Shown in pieces: positions 32,526-42,139 of a stretch of DNA of 42,139 bases. The DNA is from a virus. Its lineage: Duplodnaviria; Caudoviricetes. Both the position numbers and the translations under genes were made by a program. The first letter of the stretch is position 1, and each line of letters begins with the position of its first letter. The notes under the pieces were generated by a model. That model saw only the letters and a list, made by a program, of their open reading frames with translations, made no database searches and was not told where the DNA came from. The DNA lies in the IMG/VR virus record IMGVR_UViG_3300047272_000369, positions 1-42,139 of that record. One strand, given 5' to 3'.

Positions 32526-34673
32526 ATGCTGGATAAACAGAACATCATCGTTGACCACCTTCAGGCGGAGGTCAGCAATAAAGGCATGGTGTTCCAAGTC
32601 GCGCATGAGGTTTACCTGAAGATGGTGGACTATCTGCGCCTGACTCAGGCAAAGAATACGTTTAACCGGCTTTCTGATTACCATTACCTCAATATTGCGG
32701 TCAGTAACTCTACTGAACCAATTCGCGGCATTGATTACATTCACCCGGTGGTTTCGCCCGGCGTGGATTACGCCACTGCTGTGGTGACCAAATGCCTGAT
32801 GCCTAACGGCAAGATTGAGTTTGAATTTGAGCGTTTTACCGAGGCTGACGATGTGCAATCGCGTCAGTCCACGGAGATGGTCAAGTACATGCTCAACAGC
32901 AAGAATGATTCGTATCAGATCATTCGTGACTGGGCCCAAGATTCCCTGCTGCACAAGAACGGTATCGTGATGGTTTCCCCCGTGCGGGAACCTATCGTGC
33001 AGTACAAGGAAGTGGAAGGCACCCGGGACCAGCTGCGCGTCTTTGAGACGATGGCTGCTGAAAAGGGCCTGACTCCCAAGCGCCAAAACATGCGCCGTAT
33101 TGATGTGGACCTGCAGGGCATGATGCAGGAAGCCACGATGGACGAGTCAGCAGAAGCTGCTAAAGACATCGTGAGCGCCAACACCATTTACCGCGCTAAG
33201 TACAAGCTGACTGGCTACAGCACCACGGTTCGGGTCAAGCATGTGGCTCAGCACTACTGGGTTTGCAACCCCACCATTCCCCAGATTCAGGATCAGGACT
33301 TCTGCGGGTTCTATGACCCCATGACGATCCATGAGTGCAAGGCTCAGTATCCGTATGTGGACATTGAGAAGCTGTCTGAGCATGCTGCTTACGGTCCTGC
33401 CGGTGCTTATCAGGCTGGTGCGCTTGAGAACGACCTTGCCCTGCATGCCCGCGACTCCACTCCGGTTCCTGGCCAGGGTGTGATTGCGTCTGCTGGTGCT
33501 GACAAGTACAGCCGGGTCATCATGCTGACCACCGCCTGGATTCGCAAGGATGTGGACGGAGACGGCGAAGAAGAAATTATCGAGTGCTGCTTCTCGGGCT
33601 CGTATGTGCTGTATGTGAAGGAAGTGGACTTTATTCCGCTGGCCAACATGTGCCCGAAGCCCATCGTGGGCAACTTCTTTGGCTACAGCTTGGCAGAGCG
33701 TCTGGTTCCTATGCAGGAATACGGCACTGCTATCAGCCGTGCTGAGATGGCTTTTGCCATGCAGGCTTCTACGCCTCGTATTGGCGTCAACCCTGAGTTC
33801 GTGGACGCTGAAGAAATCCAGCGTGGCGTCTCGGCAATGTTTGTGTTGGACCGCAAGTTCGATGCAACCAAGCATGTGTACGAGTTCTCGCCGATGCAGG
33901 GCAATCTGGCCTATGTCCAGTCGTCCATGCAGCGCTTTGAATCGGACAAGATGGCTGTCATTGGTATGACCAGCCCCAGCGATGTGCTGAACCCTGAGGT
34001 CATGAAAGATGGCAACAGCGGCTTTAAGCTCCAGCTGGCCATGGGTCCGAACCAACTCATTCAAGATGAGATGGTCAAGAACTGCGCCATCGGTCTGCGC
34101 GATGTCATCTATCTGGTCTGGAAGACCCTGATCCAGTACGCTGATGACTACAACATCCAGCAACTGGCAGCGGCTTGCAGCAAGGGACAGCCTTTCCTTG
34201 ATGCCATTTCCATGGAGAACTACGAGTTCATTGACCGCCGCATGATCAACATTGATCTGGCGCTGGGCTTTATGGCTGAGGAAAACCGCCTGACCCGTCA
34301 GCAGCTAATTACTGCTGCACAGCAACAATTTGCCCAGGCCATGATGATGGTTGATCCGTCTGTGCCGGAGTTGTTTATCAAGGTTCGTCGCCCGTATGAG
34401 GACACGCTGCGGGTACTGGGGGTGAAAGATGTTGACGCCTACCTACCTACTTTTGACGAGGCGGCAAAGCTGGTTGAAGCTAAAGCTGCGCAAGGACCCA
34501 ATCCGGAGCAGCAGGAAACCATGTCTAAAGTGGCGCTTAACACTGCAAAGGTTGAAGAATCGAAAACTGTTGCTGCGCTCAATGTCAAGAAAGCGGAGGA
34601 CATTGATACGGACAATATGTTTGAGGCACTGGCAGCCAAGCGAGGCAAACTCTCAGCAGTTCAAGTAGATTAA
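32526..34673 (+). CDS. Portal protein (podovirus type, 715 aa)
   Basis: Directly after TerL; QDSLLHKNGIV, DVDGDGEEE, FFGYSLAE patterns; long helical C-terminus. Confidence 0.88.
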   Translation: MLDKQNIIVDHLQAEVSNKGMVFQVAHEVYLKMVDYLRLTQAKNTFNRLSDYHYLNIAVSNSTEPIRGIDYIHPVVSPGVDYATAVVTKCLMPNGKIEFEFERFTEADDVQSRQSTEMVKYMLNSKNDSYQIIRDWAQDSLLHKNGIVMVSPVREPIVQYKEVEGTRDQLRVFETMAAEKGLTPKRQNMRRIDVDLQGMMQEATMDESAEAAKDIVSANTIYRAKYKLTGYSTTVRVKHVAQHYWVCNPTIPQIQDQDFCGFYDPMTIHECKAQYPYVDIEKLSEHAAYGPAGAYQAGALENDLALHARDSTPVPGQGVIASAGADKYSRVIMLTTAWIRKDVDGDGEEEIIECCFSGSYVLYVKEVDFIPLANMCPKPIVGNFFGYSLAERLVPMQEYGTAISRAEMAFAMQASTPRIGVNPEFVDAEEIQRGVSAMFVLDRKFDATKHVYEFSPMQGNLAYVQSSMQRFESDKMAVIGMTSPSDVLNPEVMKDGNSGFKLQLAMGPNQLIQDEMVKNCAIGLRDVIYLVWKTLIQYADDYNIQQLAAACSKGQPFLDAISMENYEFIDRRMINIDLALGFMAEENRLTRQQLITAAQQQFAQAMMMVDPSVPELFIKVRRPYEDTLRVLGVKDVDAYLPTFDEAAKLVEAKAAQGPNPEQQETMSKVALNTAKVEESKTVAALNVKKAEDIDTDNMFEALAAKRGKLSAVQVD

Positions 34674-34686
34674 GGATTGATTTGCA

Positions 34687-35007
34687 ATGAAAAGCATGTT
34701 GAAAGACATTCGCGCTTATTTCAATAGGCGCACCCGAGCATCAGATTCATTTAAGGAGGCCAATGTTGCGCGAAAAACTCTAGCTATTGAAAACGGGGAA
34801 TCTGCTTCCCGACTCCTCAAGAACGAGGATTTTGCATTGCTGTTCAACCTGTACCGATTCCAAATGCTAGAGCGTTTGGAGGATGCCCGGGAAGATTCAG
34901 ACAGACTAAGCAACGCATACTATGTTGCTGGAGCGCGTGATTTTATTGACTTCATTGAGAAGCAAGAATATCTCGCCAAGAAAGTAGTTGTTGAAACTAA
35001 ATCATAA
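34687..35007 (+). CDS. Hypothetical head-module protein (106 aa)
   Basis: AAGGA RBS; conserved position between portal and scaffold. Confidence 0.65.
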   Translation: MKSMLKDIRAYFNRRTRASDSFKEANVARKTLAIENGESASRLLKNEDFALLFNLYRFQMLERLEDAREDSDRLSNAYYVAGARDFIDFIEKQEYLAKKVVVETKS

Positions 35008-35020
35008 GTCGAGGTAAACT

Positions 35021-36130
35021 ATGTCAGACGTTATCGTTCAACCGACCGTCGTAGAGCAAACTGGTAGTCCTGAAGCTGCCATCGCTGCAATGATTGCCGC
35101 CAACCGGCGTAACAATCCTCAGCCTGATGGAAGCAATCCGCCACCAGCCGGACAAGAAGAGGCGCAAGCCAAATCCCCGGAGGCGGCTCCTAGTGAGGAA
35201 GCCGAACCTGAAAATGTCGTTAGTGAGGCTGAGGAATCTGGAGATTCGGAAGTTGAAGGTGAGTCCGGCACTGCCGTAAACGACCCTGTTAATTTCTTTG
35301 AGTTTGCGGATGAAAATCCCGACCTGAAACTGCGTATCCCGAACAAAAACGCCGAGGGCGGATTTGTTGAGATTACTGCAAAGAAGGCCGCGACTCTCCT
35401 GGGTCAAACCAGCGATATTGATGAAAATGCGCGCAAACTTAAAGTTCAGCGGGCTGAATTTGAAGAATATGAGTCGAAACGAAAGAGTGAGCTAGACGGT
35501 CTGCAAATTGGACTGGAGCTAACAATCGTTCCTCAGCTGCAACAAGCGGCCGATGAACTGGTTACGCTGCAACAGTACAACCAGCAATGGACGCAGATTC
35601 ATGAAAGGGCCACCTCTGAGGTTGAGCGTAGTGAGGCAGAAGCTGCCATCCGTCAAAACGCTACTCTGATCGAGGAAAAGTCCAAGTTCATCCAATCGAA
35701 TCGTCCGAAGGTTCAAGAGTTCTACAACATTCGTAGTCAGGAAGTCCAGCAACGCCTAGAGCAAGCTCGACAATCGTTTACGGATAAGGAACTGGCGAAC
35801 AAGGCGACTTTTACCGAGCTTCGGGACAAGTTGTCGAAAGAGTGGAATGGCGCGAAAGGGTCGTTCATTCCTGGGGTGCCCAATATTGATTTGGTCTCCA
35901 GTGATGAGTACCTGCTAGGTCTGATCCGGGACGGTATGAAGTTCCGGGAAGGTCCGAAAGTTCGCAATGCCGGGGGTTCGCTAGCTGCTGCTGGCAAGCC
36001 TGTGGCTAAAGCCAAGACCTCTCCTGAGGACAAGACTACTGAACTTCAAAAGAAGGCTCAATCGGGCGATAAGACTGCGCAACGTGACCTTTTGGCAACC
36101 ATGTTGGCGTCCAATAAACGCCGTCGTTAA
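35021..36130 (+). CDS. Scaffolding protein
   Basis: Acidic disordered N-terminus, coiled coil, basic C-terminus; precedes capsid. Confidence 0.8.
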   Translation: MSDVIVQPTVVEQTGSPEAAIAAMIAANRRNNPQPDGSNPPPAGQEEAQAKSPEAAPSEEAEPENVVSEAEESGDSEVEGESGTAVNDPVNFFEFADENPDLKLRIPNKNAEGGFVEITAKKAATLLGQTSDIDENARKLKVQRAEFEEYESKRKSELDGLQIGLELTIVPQLQQAADELVTLQQYNQQWTQIHERATSEVERSEAEAAIRQNATLIEEKSKFIQSNRPKVQEFYNIRSQEVQQRLEQARQSFTDKELANKATFTELRDKLSKEWNGAKGSFIPGVPNIDLVSSDEYLLGLIRDGMKFREGPKVRNAGGSLAAAGKPVAKAKTSPEDKTTELQKKAQSGDKTAQRDLLATMLASNKRRR

Positions 36131-36147
36131 TTTTCAGGAGTTTTTTC

Positions 36148-37305
36148 ATGTCTACTATTACCTCTGCAAACCTTGGTAACGGCAACGGCTCGTATACCAC
36201 CGATATCGTCGTCAAAGACCTCGATATGACCGTCTCCAACTATGTTAAGGATCGCACCCCGATCACTAACATGGCCATGAGCAAAAAGCGCAAGATCAAT
36301 TCGACCCTGCACATTTGGCCGAACGACTACTTCCGCACCCCCAGCCTGAACGCCAAGCTGGAAGGCGCTGCTGTGTCGGCTTCTGACGCTGCCTCTAACA
36401 CCCGTTCTAACCTGGGTAACTACACCCAGATCTTCACGACCGTGATCGGTGCCACTGGTACCGCCCGCGCTGTGGAGCAGGCCGGTGGTGATCCCCAGGC
36501 TTACCAAGAAGTCAAACAGCTGACCGAAATCATGTTTGACGTTGAACTGCAAATGGTTCGCGCTGACGGTGCTTCTATCAAGTACGCCGGTCAAGCTGCC
36601 ACCCAAGGTTCTTCGCCCAACAACGGGCGTCGTTTTGGTTCGCTGTACTCGTTCGCGGGCACCCGTTCTGGCAACGACACTGATGGCACCTCCGTTCTGA
36701 ACATCGCTACCAGCGACAGCAACGATGCCACCTCTGCCGTTAACACGAACCAGCCCTTCAACGGTCTGCTGTCTAACGCCGGTCTTGGTTACTTCACCTT
36801 CTCGTCTGGTGTGACGCTGCAGCAATTCAGCCCGTACCTGTACAAGCAGCTGGTTACCACCGCTGAGCAGCGCTTCAACGCCAAGATCACCAACATGGTG
36901 GTTCCGACCTCGATGCGCACTCATATCTCCGACATGATGCCGACGAGCCGTTCTATCAACCGTTTCAACCCGGCTGATAAGGGCGACACGATCAGCACCT
37001 ATGAAGGTGACTTCAACTACACCTACCAGATCGACGATTCGTGGGTTATGGACCAGACCGGCGCTGACAACACCTCCGCTCTGTTCATGAACCCGGACGT
37101 TATCCAGTGGGGTTCCCTGCGCGAACTGGGCCCGAACAACGAAGTGTTCTCTAACGCTGACGCTTCGCTGGACCAGTACATCATGGAAGGCACCCTGATC
37201 GTGCGTAACCCGGCTGGCGTGGCTGTCCTCGCCGCTGTGTCGCCCACCGGTGCTGCCGTGACCGGCCCGCGTCCGTCCGCTCAAGTCCAGCGTTATCTGG
37301 CTTGA
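36148..37305 (+). CDS. Major capsid protein (DUF5309 / SU10-type)
   Basis: AGGAG RBS; NAKLEG, LGNYTQIF...GTARAV, EGTLIVRNP; strongly biased codons; terminator follows. Confidence 0.88.
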   Translation: MSTITSANLGNGNGSYTTDIVVKDLDMTVSNYVKDRTPITNMAMSKKRKINSTLHIWPNDYFRTPSLNAKLEGAAVSASDAASNTRSNLGNYTQIFTTVIGATGTARAVEQAGGDPQAYQEVKQLTEIMFDVELQMVRADGASIKYAGQAATQGSSPNNGRRFGSLYSFAGTRSGNDTDGTSVLNIATSDSNDATSAVNTNQPFNGLLSNAGLGYFTFSSGVTLQQFSPYLYKQLVTTAEQRFNAKITNMVVPTSMRTHISDMMPTSRSINRFNPADKGDTISTYEGDFNYTYQIDDSWVMDQTGADNTSALFMNPDVIQWGSLRELGPNNEVFSNADASLDQYIMEGTLIVRNPAGVAVLAAVSPTGAAVTGPRPSAQVQRYLA

Positions 37306-37307
37306 TG

Positions 37308-37327
37308 AAAGGCCCTTCGGGGCTTTT
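37308..37327 (+). terminator. Hairpin/weak terminator after the capsid gene
   Basis: AAAGGCCC-TTCG-GGGCTTTT. Confidence 0.7.
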
Positions 37328-37372
37328 CTGGAGGTGTTATGAGCACCTCTGGAAAAGTACGAAAGGCATGGT

Positions 37373-37879
37373 ATGGGACTGAACGCTAACAATGAAGAGG
37401 CTTTGGTTGACGAGCGGTATTACACCGAGGGCAACCATGCTGCTGGCGTCGAAATTGCATTGCGCAAAAACGACAAGCTGTATAACGAGGTCAAGTCTGG
37501 CAATTGGTCCCAGACCTTTGATACTGGCAACCTAAAGTACACAATTGGTGCTGAGGATGGCACCCGGTACGTCAAATACGACCAGCAAAACGTTCAATTT
37601 ATTCGCGAAGAAGCCAAGCGCTACCGTGAATTTTACAAAGAGCATGGAACGGATAACCCGTTCTTTGCTGGCACTGCTCACATGATGCATTTGCCCAAAT
37701 GTTTTGCACATGAGATTAGCTCCAAGTGGTTCAACAATCGTCCTTGGGAACTAATCAAACGAGAAAAAGAAGACAAAATTTTGTTTTACGCCATCGTCAA
37801 TGAATATTATTCAGACTTTGTGTGTCACCCTAGCGGCAAGATCCCGCTTCCGTATAATCCCACTATTCCTGTGAAGTAA
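37373..37879 (+). CDS. Hypothetical head-associated protein (168 aa)
   Basis: Clean ORF between capsid and adaptor. Confidence 0.65.
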   Translation: MGLNANNEEALVDERYYTEGNHAAGVEIALRKNDKLYNEVKSGNWSQTFDTGNLKYTIGAEDGTRYVKYDQQNVQFIREEAKRYREFYKEHGTDNPFFAGTAHMMHLPKCFAHEISSKWFNNRPWELIKREKEDKILFYAIVNEYYSDFVCHPSGKIPLPYNPTIPVK

Positions 37880-37888
37880 GGGTAAGAA

Positions 37889-38878
37889 ATGACGACAGCC
37901 CTGTTTATCCAATCGGCAAATTCTTTGGTGAGCAGGGTTGCTCAGTGGGTTGGCGCTATCCCTCAGACGGTTGCAATTAACGCTACTGCGTTTGATAACA
38001 CGACCGGTGTTATTACCTGTTCTGCTGACCCTTCTTCTGCCGTGATGGTGGGTGACTTTGTTACCTACAACCTGCGTGGTCCGTATGTTCTGGTGACGGC
38101 TGTTAGCTCCACCACCATTACCGTCAATGATCCGGATGGCAGCTGGGATAACGCTGTTTTGCCCACGGCTATCCTCAAACTGCCAACGCAATCGACCATC
38201 GAAATCTGCAACTCTATCCAGCTTGCAGAACTGAAGATGCGCACTATTGAGCTACCCGCTCTGCGTAGTGATCCCTATGATCCTGTGAGCCCCAGTGAGC
38301 TAGTCACCAACGCTCAAGGCCTGTCTCCGATTCCGGCAGACATGTGTTTCCCCATTCTGTTCTTCCAAGAGGCTCCGCCTGCTAACCAGCCTCCGGGCGC
38401 TACTGGTTTGGGCCCTTGGATCATTTACGACCGTGTGGGTGATCGGGAAATTATCCGTCGTCGGATGATTGACCAGCTGTATGTGCGTCCGTTTGGTGTT
38501 CCCCGGGTTATTCGGGCATCGTTTTCTGAAGTCGGCCCGAACTATGTGTTTACGCCTACTCCAGGGGCCAACGTCACCATCAAGGCGTATTACCAAAAGA
38601 CGTTTCCGTTCCTGTTTAGCCCGACAGAGGATGTGTCGTACCCTGTCGTGCAAAGCAATGCGATTCTGTCGTCCTTCCCTGAAGGCTACATGTACGGTAC
38701 GCTGTGGGCTTATTACGACAAAAACAAGAATCTGGAAGAAGCCCAAAAGTGGCTTGGCCGATTTGATGATGCGTATGGCCTTATTGAAGACCAAAACTAC
38801 AAGGGTAAATGGCGTGGTGGTGACCAGCACCTGACTTCCGAGTTTCAGCCCCGCAACTACCGATATTCGTTCAAGTGA
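37889..38878 (+). CDS. Head-to-tail adaptor protein
   Basis: IQLAELKM, YVFTPTP...IKAYY and FPEGYMYGTL...W...F..A patterns seen in podovirus adaptors. Confidence 0.65.
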   Translation: MTTALFIQSANSLVSRVAQWVGAIPQTVAINATAFDNTTGVITCSADPSSAVMVGDFVTYNLRGPYVLVTAVSSTTITVNDPDGSWDNAVLPTAILKLPTQSTIEICNSIQLAELKMRTIELPALRSDPYDPVSPSELVTNAQGLSPIPADMCFPILFFQEAPPANQPPGATGLGPWIIYDRVGDREIIRRRMIDQLYVRPFGVPRVIRASFSEVGPNYVFTPTPGANVTIKAYYQKTFPFLFSPTEDVSYPVVQSNAILSSFPEGYMYGTLWAYYDKNKNLEEAQKWLGRFDDAYGLIEDQNYKGKWRGGDQHLTSEFQPRNYRYSFK

Positions 38879-38886
38879 GTTCATAA

Positions 38887-40620
38887 ATGGCAACTAGCGG
38901 ACTCTACGGAAGCAGCACTGGGGGCGTCATTCAGGCGCAGCCAGGAGCCGAAACAACCGGTCTGTATGGCAGCACGGTTAAATTTGGCGTTACTGGTCCT
39001 ACCGGTCCGACTGGTCCGGCTGGTCCCACGGGCCCTACTGGTGTTACTGGTCCGACTGGCGCTACCGGCCCCTCCGGCCCCACCGGAGCACAAGGTATTC
39101 AGGGTGTTACCGGCCCAACCGGGCCTACGGGCGCTCAGGGCATCCAAGGTAATGCAGGTCCTACTGGCCCTACTGGTACGCAAGGCGCTCAAGGTGTTGC
39201 GGGTCCGACTGGACCGACTGGCGCTACCGGTCTAACCGGCAATACTGGTCCTACGGGCCCTACTGGCGAACAAGGCATCCAGGGTGTTACGGGCCCCACG
39301 GGTGCAACTGGCCCGACTGGTGCGGCGTCTACTGTTGCTGGACCTACTGGTCCCACCGGATCGATGGGCCCGACTGGTCCTGCTGGCTCGGGAACTGGCG
39401 ATGTGCTGGGCCCTGCAAGCAGCACTGACAATGCCATTACTCGGTTTGACGGCACTACCGGCAAGCTGATTCAAAACAGCATCATGACGCTGGGCGACGA
39501 TGGCCAGCTAGAAAATGCTGCTTTCCTGCGTTTGCAGACATCTCCAGGCGTATCGCCTACTCAGGCTGGTTCCTTGTCTTGGAATTCCGGCGACAGCACT
39601 GCGGATTTGATTTTGAATTCCAATGTGACGTTGCAAGTGGGGCAAGAGAACGTTGCCTTGTCTTACAACGGCTCTGGTTCCACTATTAACAAAGGGCAAG
39701 TAGTTGCGGTGGCTGGCGCTCAGGGGCAGCGTCCGTCTCTGATGCTTGCGGATGCGAGTTCAGAGGCTACCTCTGCTCCTACTTTTGGCATTGCTACGGA
39801 AGCTATTGCAAACGGCGCAGAGGGGTTTGTAACCACCTTTGGTGTTGTTCGTGGCTTTGATACCAGTGCGATTGCCGCTGGCACGGCTGTTTATTTGTCC
39901 ACCACTGCGGGAGCTTTTACTGCTACTCGACCTTTGGCACCTGATCACACGGTGTTTCTGGGCTGGGTCATTAAATCCCACGCGTCCAGTGGCGAAATTT
40001 TTGTCAACATCAATAATGGTTGGGAGCTTCAGGAATTACACAATGTGTACATTACTGGCCCTACCCAAGGCCAAGCGCTAACGTACGATGCCACGGCTGG
40101 CTATTGGACTAACACGACTGCTGTTGGCCCTACTGGCCCCACTGGTGCAAATGGCGTTAATGGCCCTACTGGGCCCACTGGGCCTAATGGTCCTACTGGC
40201 CCGACTGGCCCTGCTGGCGACAATGGTGAAAATGGTCCGACGGGCCCAACTGGACCTACGGGACCTACTGGTGCTAACGGCACTAACGGCCCTACGGGTC
40301 CGACGGGTGCGGGTGCTTCGTTTGCAATTACCAACGACACCACGACTGCCACCAGTATTTATCCGGCTCTGCTGAACCAGACGACTGGTACGCCTACTGG
40401 CATTTACACCTCTAATGCCAATCTGCTGTACAAGCCCAGCACTGGGGAGTTGAGCGCCAAGGAAGTGCGCTCCAGCAACGGCATTGTGGTCAACAGCCAG
40501 ACGATCAGTTCTGATTACACAATCGCTTCTGGTGACAATGGTGGATCGTTCGGCCCTGTGTCGGTGGCATCCGGCATCACGGTGACGGTCTCTTCTGGCT
40601 CTGTTTGGACGGTGGTGTGA
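38887..40620 (+). CDS. Collagen-like (Gly-X-Y, mainly GPT) fibre protein
   Basis: 38 uninterrupted triplets from 38986, a short run after an STVA break, and 21 triplets from 40126; [13 protein letters not shown]-terminus. Confidence 0.9.
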   Translation: MATSGLYGSSTGGVIQAQPGAETTGLYGSTVKFGVTGPTGPTGPAGPTGPTGVTGPTGATGPSGPTGAQGIQGVTGPTGPTGAQGIQGNAGPTGPTGTQGAQGVAGPTGPTGATGLTGNTGPTGPTGEQGIQGVTGPTGATGPTGAASTVAGPTGPTGSMGPTGPAGSGTGDVLGPASSTDNAITRFDGTTGKLIQNSIMTLGDDGQLENAAFLRLQTSPGVSPTQAGSLSWNSGDSTADLILNSNVTLQVGQENVALSYNGSGSTINKGQVVAVAGAQGQRPSLMLADASSEATSAPTFGIATEAIANGAEGFVTTFGVVRGFDTSAIAAGTAVYLSTTAGAFTATRPLAPDHTVFLGWVIKSHASSGEIFVNINNGWELQELHNVYITGPTQGQALTYDATAGYWTNTTAVGPTGPTGANGVNGPTGPTGPNGPTGPTGPAGDNGENGPTGPTGPTGPTGANGTNGPTGPTGAGASFAITNDTTTATSIYPALLNQTTGTPTGIYTSNANLLYKPSTGELSAKEVRSSNGIVVNSQTISSDYTIASGDNGGSFGPVSVASGITVTVSSGSVWTVV

Positions 40621-40677
40621 TATGACTAAAACTGTTGGCCCTGCTACCGTAGTTGGCCCTCAAACTTTGAGGTAAGC

Positions 40678-41250
40678 ATGAGCGTTGTAAAAGTACAGGG
40701 CAATGCCTCCGGCACTGGCATCTTCACCATTGCCGCACCGGCTACGAATACGGATCGGACGCTGACGCTGCCTGATTTGGACGGCACTCTGGCTCTTACC
40801 TCGCAGACTTCTTCGTTTGCTAGTGGCACGGCCATGATGTTCGTGCAGACCGCTGCGCCTACTGGTTGGACGAAGTCTACGACGCACAACGATAAGGCCC
40901 TGCGCGTGGTTTCTGGCTCGGCAAGTTCTGGTGGCTCTTCGGCTTTCTCTACCGTCTTCACGAACCAGACCCCGACCATTACGACCAGCGGCCTGAGTGC
41001 TGCGGCCACGACGCTTTCGACGACGCAGATGCCCAGCCATCGGCATGGCGGCCTCGACGCGGTTTCCAACAGCGGAGGCAATCGTTCGATAAACACAAGC
41101 GCTGGTTGCGGATCTGGACTTTTTACCCAATACACGGACTACCAAGGCGGAGGCGGTTCTCACACCCACTCGCTGACTGGTTCTGCTACTTCCAGCGCCA
41201 TCACGCTGGCGGTGCAGTACGTCGATGTCATCATCGCCACGAAGGACTAA
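40678..41250 (+). CDS. Tail fibre / collar-domain protein
   Basis: RTLTLPD, FVQTAAPTGWTK, TLSTTQMPSHRH, GGGGSHTH motifs. Confidence 0.75.
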   Translation: MSVVKVQGNASGTGIFTIAAPATNTDRTLTLPDLDGTLALTSQTSSFASGTAMMFVQTAAPTGWTKSTTHNDKALRVVSGSASSGGSSAFSTVFTNQTPTITTSGLSAAATTLSTTQMPSHRHGGLDAVSNSGGNRSINTSAGCGSGLFTQYTDYQGGGGSHTHSLTGSATSSAITLAVQYVDVIIATKD

Positions 41251-41252
41251 GC

Positions 41253-41564
41253 GTGAAACTGGAGCCAAAATCCAACTGCCCCCTTGACGGGTTCAAGCCT
41301 TGTCGGCAGCTTGAGTGCGCGTGGTTCATGAAGATTCGCGGCAATAACCCCAACACTGGGGAAGAGATTGATGACTACGGCTGCTCGATGGCGTGGCTTC
41401 CTGTGCTCATGATTGAGAATAGTCAGCAACAACGCAGCACTGGCGCAGCGGTGGAGTCTTTCCGCAACGCGATGGTGAAAGCCAATGAAGTCGGGCAGCG
41501 AGTTCTGCTGGCCGCTGCGGGGGTTCAACCTGCGGCACAAACCATGATTTTGGAGTCGAAATGA
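41253..41564 (+). CDS. Conserved Cys-containing fibre-region protein (103 aa)
   Basis: GTG start; CPL...C...CAWF...GCSMAWLP...GAAVESFRN. Confidence 0.7.
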   Translation: MKLEPKSNCPLDGFKPCRQLECAWFMKIRGNNPNTGEEIDDYGCSMAWLPVLMIENSQQQRSTGAAVESFRNAMVKANEVGQRVLLAAAGVQPAAQTMILESK

Positions 41565-41869
41565 ATCTGACCATTGTTCCGATTGACGGCGCTGTTTATG
41601 TGGACGGGGTTTCGTTGCACGGCCTGACGTTTGATGCGCCACAAGACATTCACGCCCTGCAATGGAAAGCGACCAAGGGATGGGTGGAGTTTGTGGATTC
41701 TGACGCAGGCCTCAAACCTGCGAACCAAGCAATTGATGCGCTTCCTCAGTGGGCTTTGGACGCCAAAACCAAGTGGGATGAGGCAAAAGCCGCAGAAGAG
41801 GCCGCTGCTAAAGCCGCTTTAGAGGCTGCTGCGAACCAGCCCACCACGCAAGGGGCCCAGACGCTGTGA
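41561..41869 (+). CDS. Fibre-associated hypothetical protein (102 aa)
   Basis: LTIVPIDGAVYVDG...IHALQW...GWVEF; ATGA coupling. Confidence 0.7.
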   Translation: MNLTIVPIDGAVYVDGVSLHGLTFDAPQDIHALQWKATKGWVEFVDSDAGLKPANQAIDALPQWALDAKTKWDEAKAAEEAAAKAALEAAANQPTTQGAQTL

Positions 41870-42139
41870 TCCAAGTTGCCCCTCGGTTCTCCGTCGTTCA
41901 AGACGGCACCACGTTGAACGTGTATCACGCCAATGTGGGCGAGGGGTTGCCGCGTCATGAGCATGCATATTCGCACCTGACCATGTGTCACGCGGGAAGT
42001 TGCATCGTTCGCAAGGAAGGCCGGGAGTTGGTGATGACCAAGAATACGCAGCCCGTTAACCTTGTGGCCGCTGAGTGGCACGAAATTGAAGCACTTGAAG
42101 ACGGCACGGTGTTTGTGAACGTCTTTGCGGAAGGTAAAC
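41866..42139 (+). CDS. Cupin-domain protein (92 aa; completes at position 125 on circularisation)
   Basis: GTG overlapping the upstream TGA; GLPRHEHAYSH...HAG and WHEIEALED cupin motifs. Confidence 0.8.
   Translation, partial: MIQVAPRFSVVQDGTTLNVYHANVGEGLPRHEHAYSHLTMCHAGSCIVRKEGRELVMTKNTQPVNLVAAEWHEIEALEDGTVFVNVFAEGK
42020..42139. repeat. 120-bp direct terminal repeat (right copy)
   Basis: Identical to 1-120. Confidence 0.95.

Noticed and set aside
36127-37392. 421-aa antisense ORF over the capsid gene (similarly 33147-34163 and 7144-7941)
   Set aside because: Shadow of biased sense-strand codon usage; no motifs or expression signals
38986-40314. 9-bp periodic repeats as CRISPR array or DGR/VNTR
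   Set aside because: They are Gly-X-Y codons with synonymous variation; no spacers, cas genes or reverse transcriptase seen

Overview
Apparently complete, circularly permuted genome (42,019 bp unique; bases 1-120 are repeated at 42020-42139) of a tailed dsDNA phage with podovirus-like (P22-like) morphogenesis genes, probably infecting an aquatic Betaproteobacterium (inference from gene families only). Order on the circle: tRNA-Asn, GNAT-like gene, putative TerS, TerL, portal, scaffold, DUF5309/SU10-type capsid, adaptor, collagen-repeat fibre and fibre accessories, a cupin spanning the contig join, a GT2-TPR glycosyltransferase, tail hub/fibre/chaperone, ejection proteins, holins + GH24 endolysin, HEXXH protein and metallophosphoesterase (all +); a leftward early arm (Sak3-like annealase, SSB-like, MazG-like, DUF3310); a rightward arm (initiator, helicase, RusA, HNHs, nin-like small genes, Dps-like protein); and a small insulated minus-strand island with a GP88-like gene. 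No integrase, CI/Cro, polymerase or primase was recognised. The most unusual signals: (1) six DnaA boxes plus a consensus IHF site far from the phage's own initiator/origin; (2) a TAGG-N7-CCTA palindrome at near-fixed spacing upstream of -10 boxes at the apparent early promoters, with no phage regulator visible; (3) a GT2-TPR enzyme co-encoded with a Gly-Pro-Thr collagen fibre; (4) two structured intergenic RNAs, one able to pair with the initiator's Shine-Dalgarno; (5) an unannotated 41-aa secreted four-cysteine peptide. All product calls come from motif recognition by eye; no searches were run.
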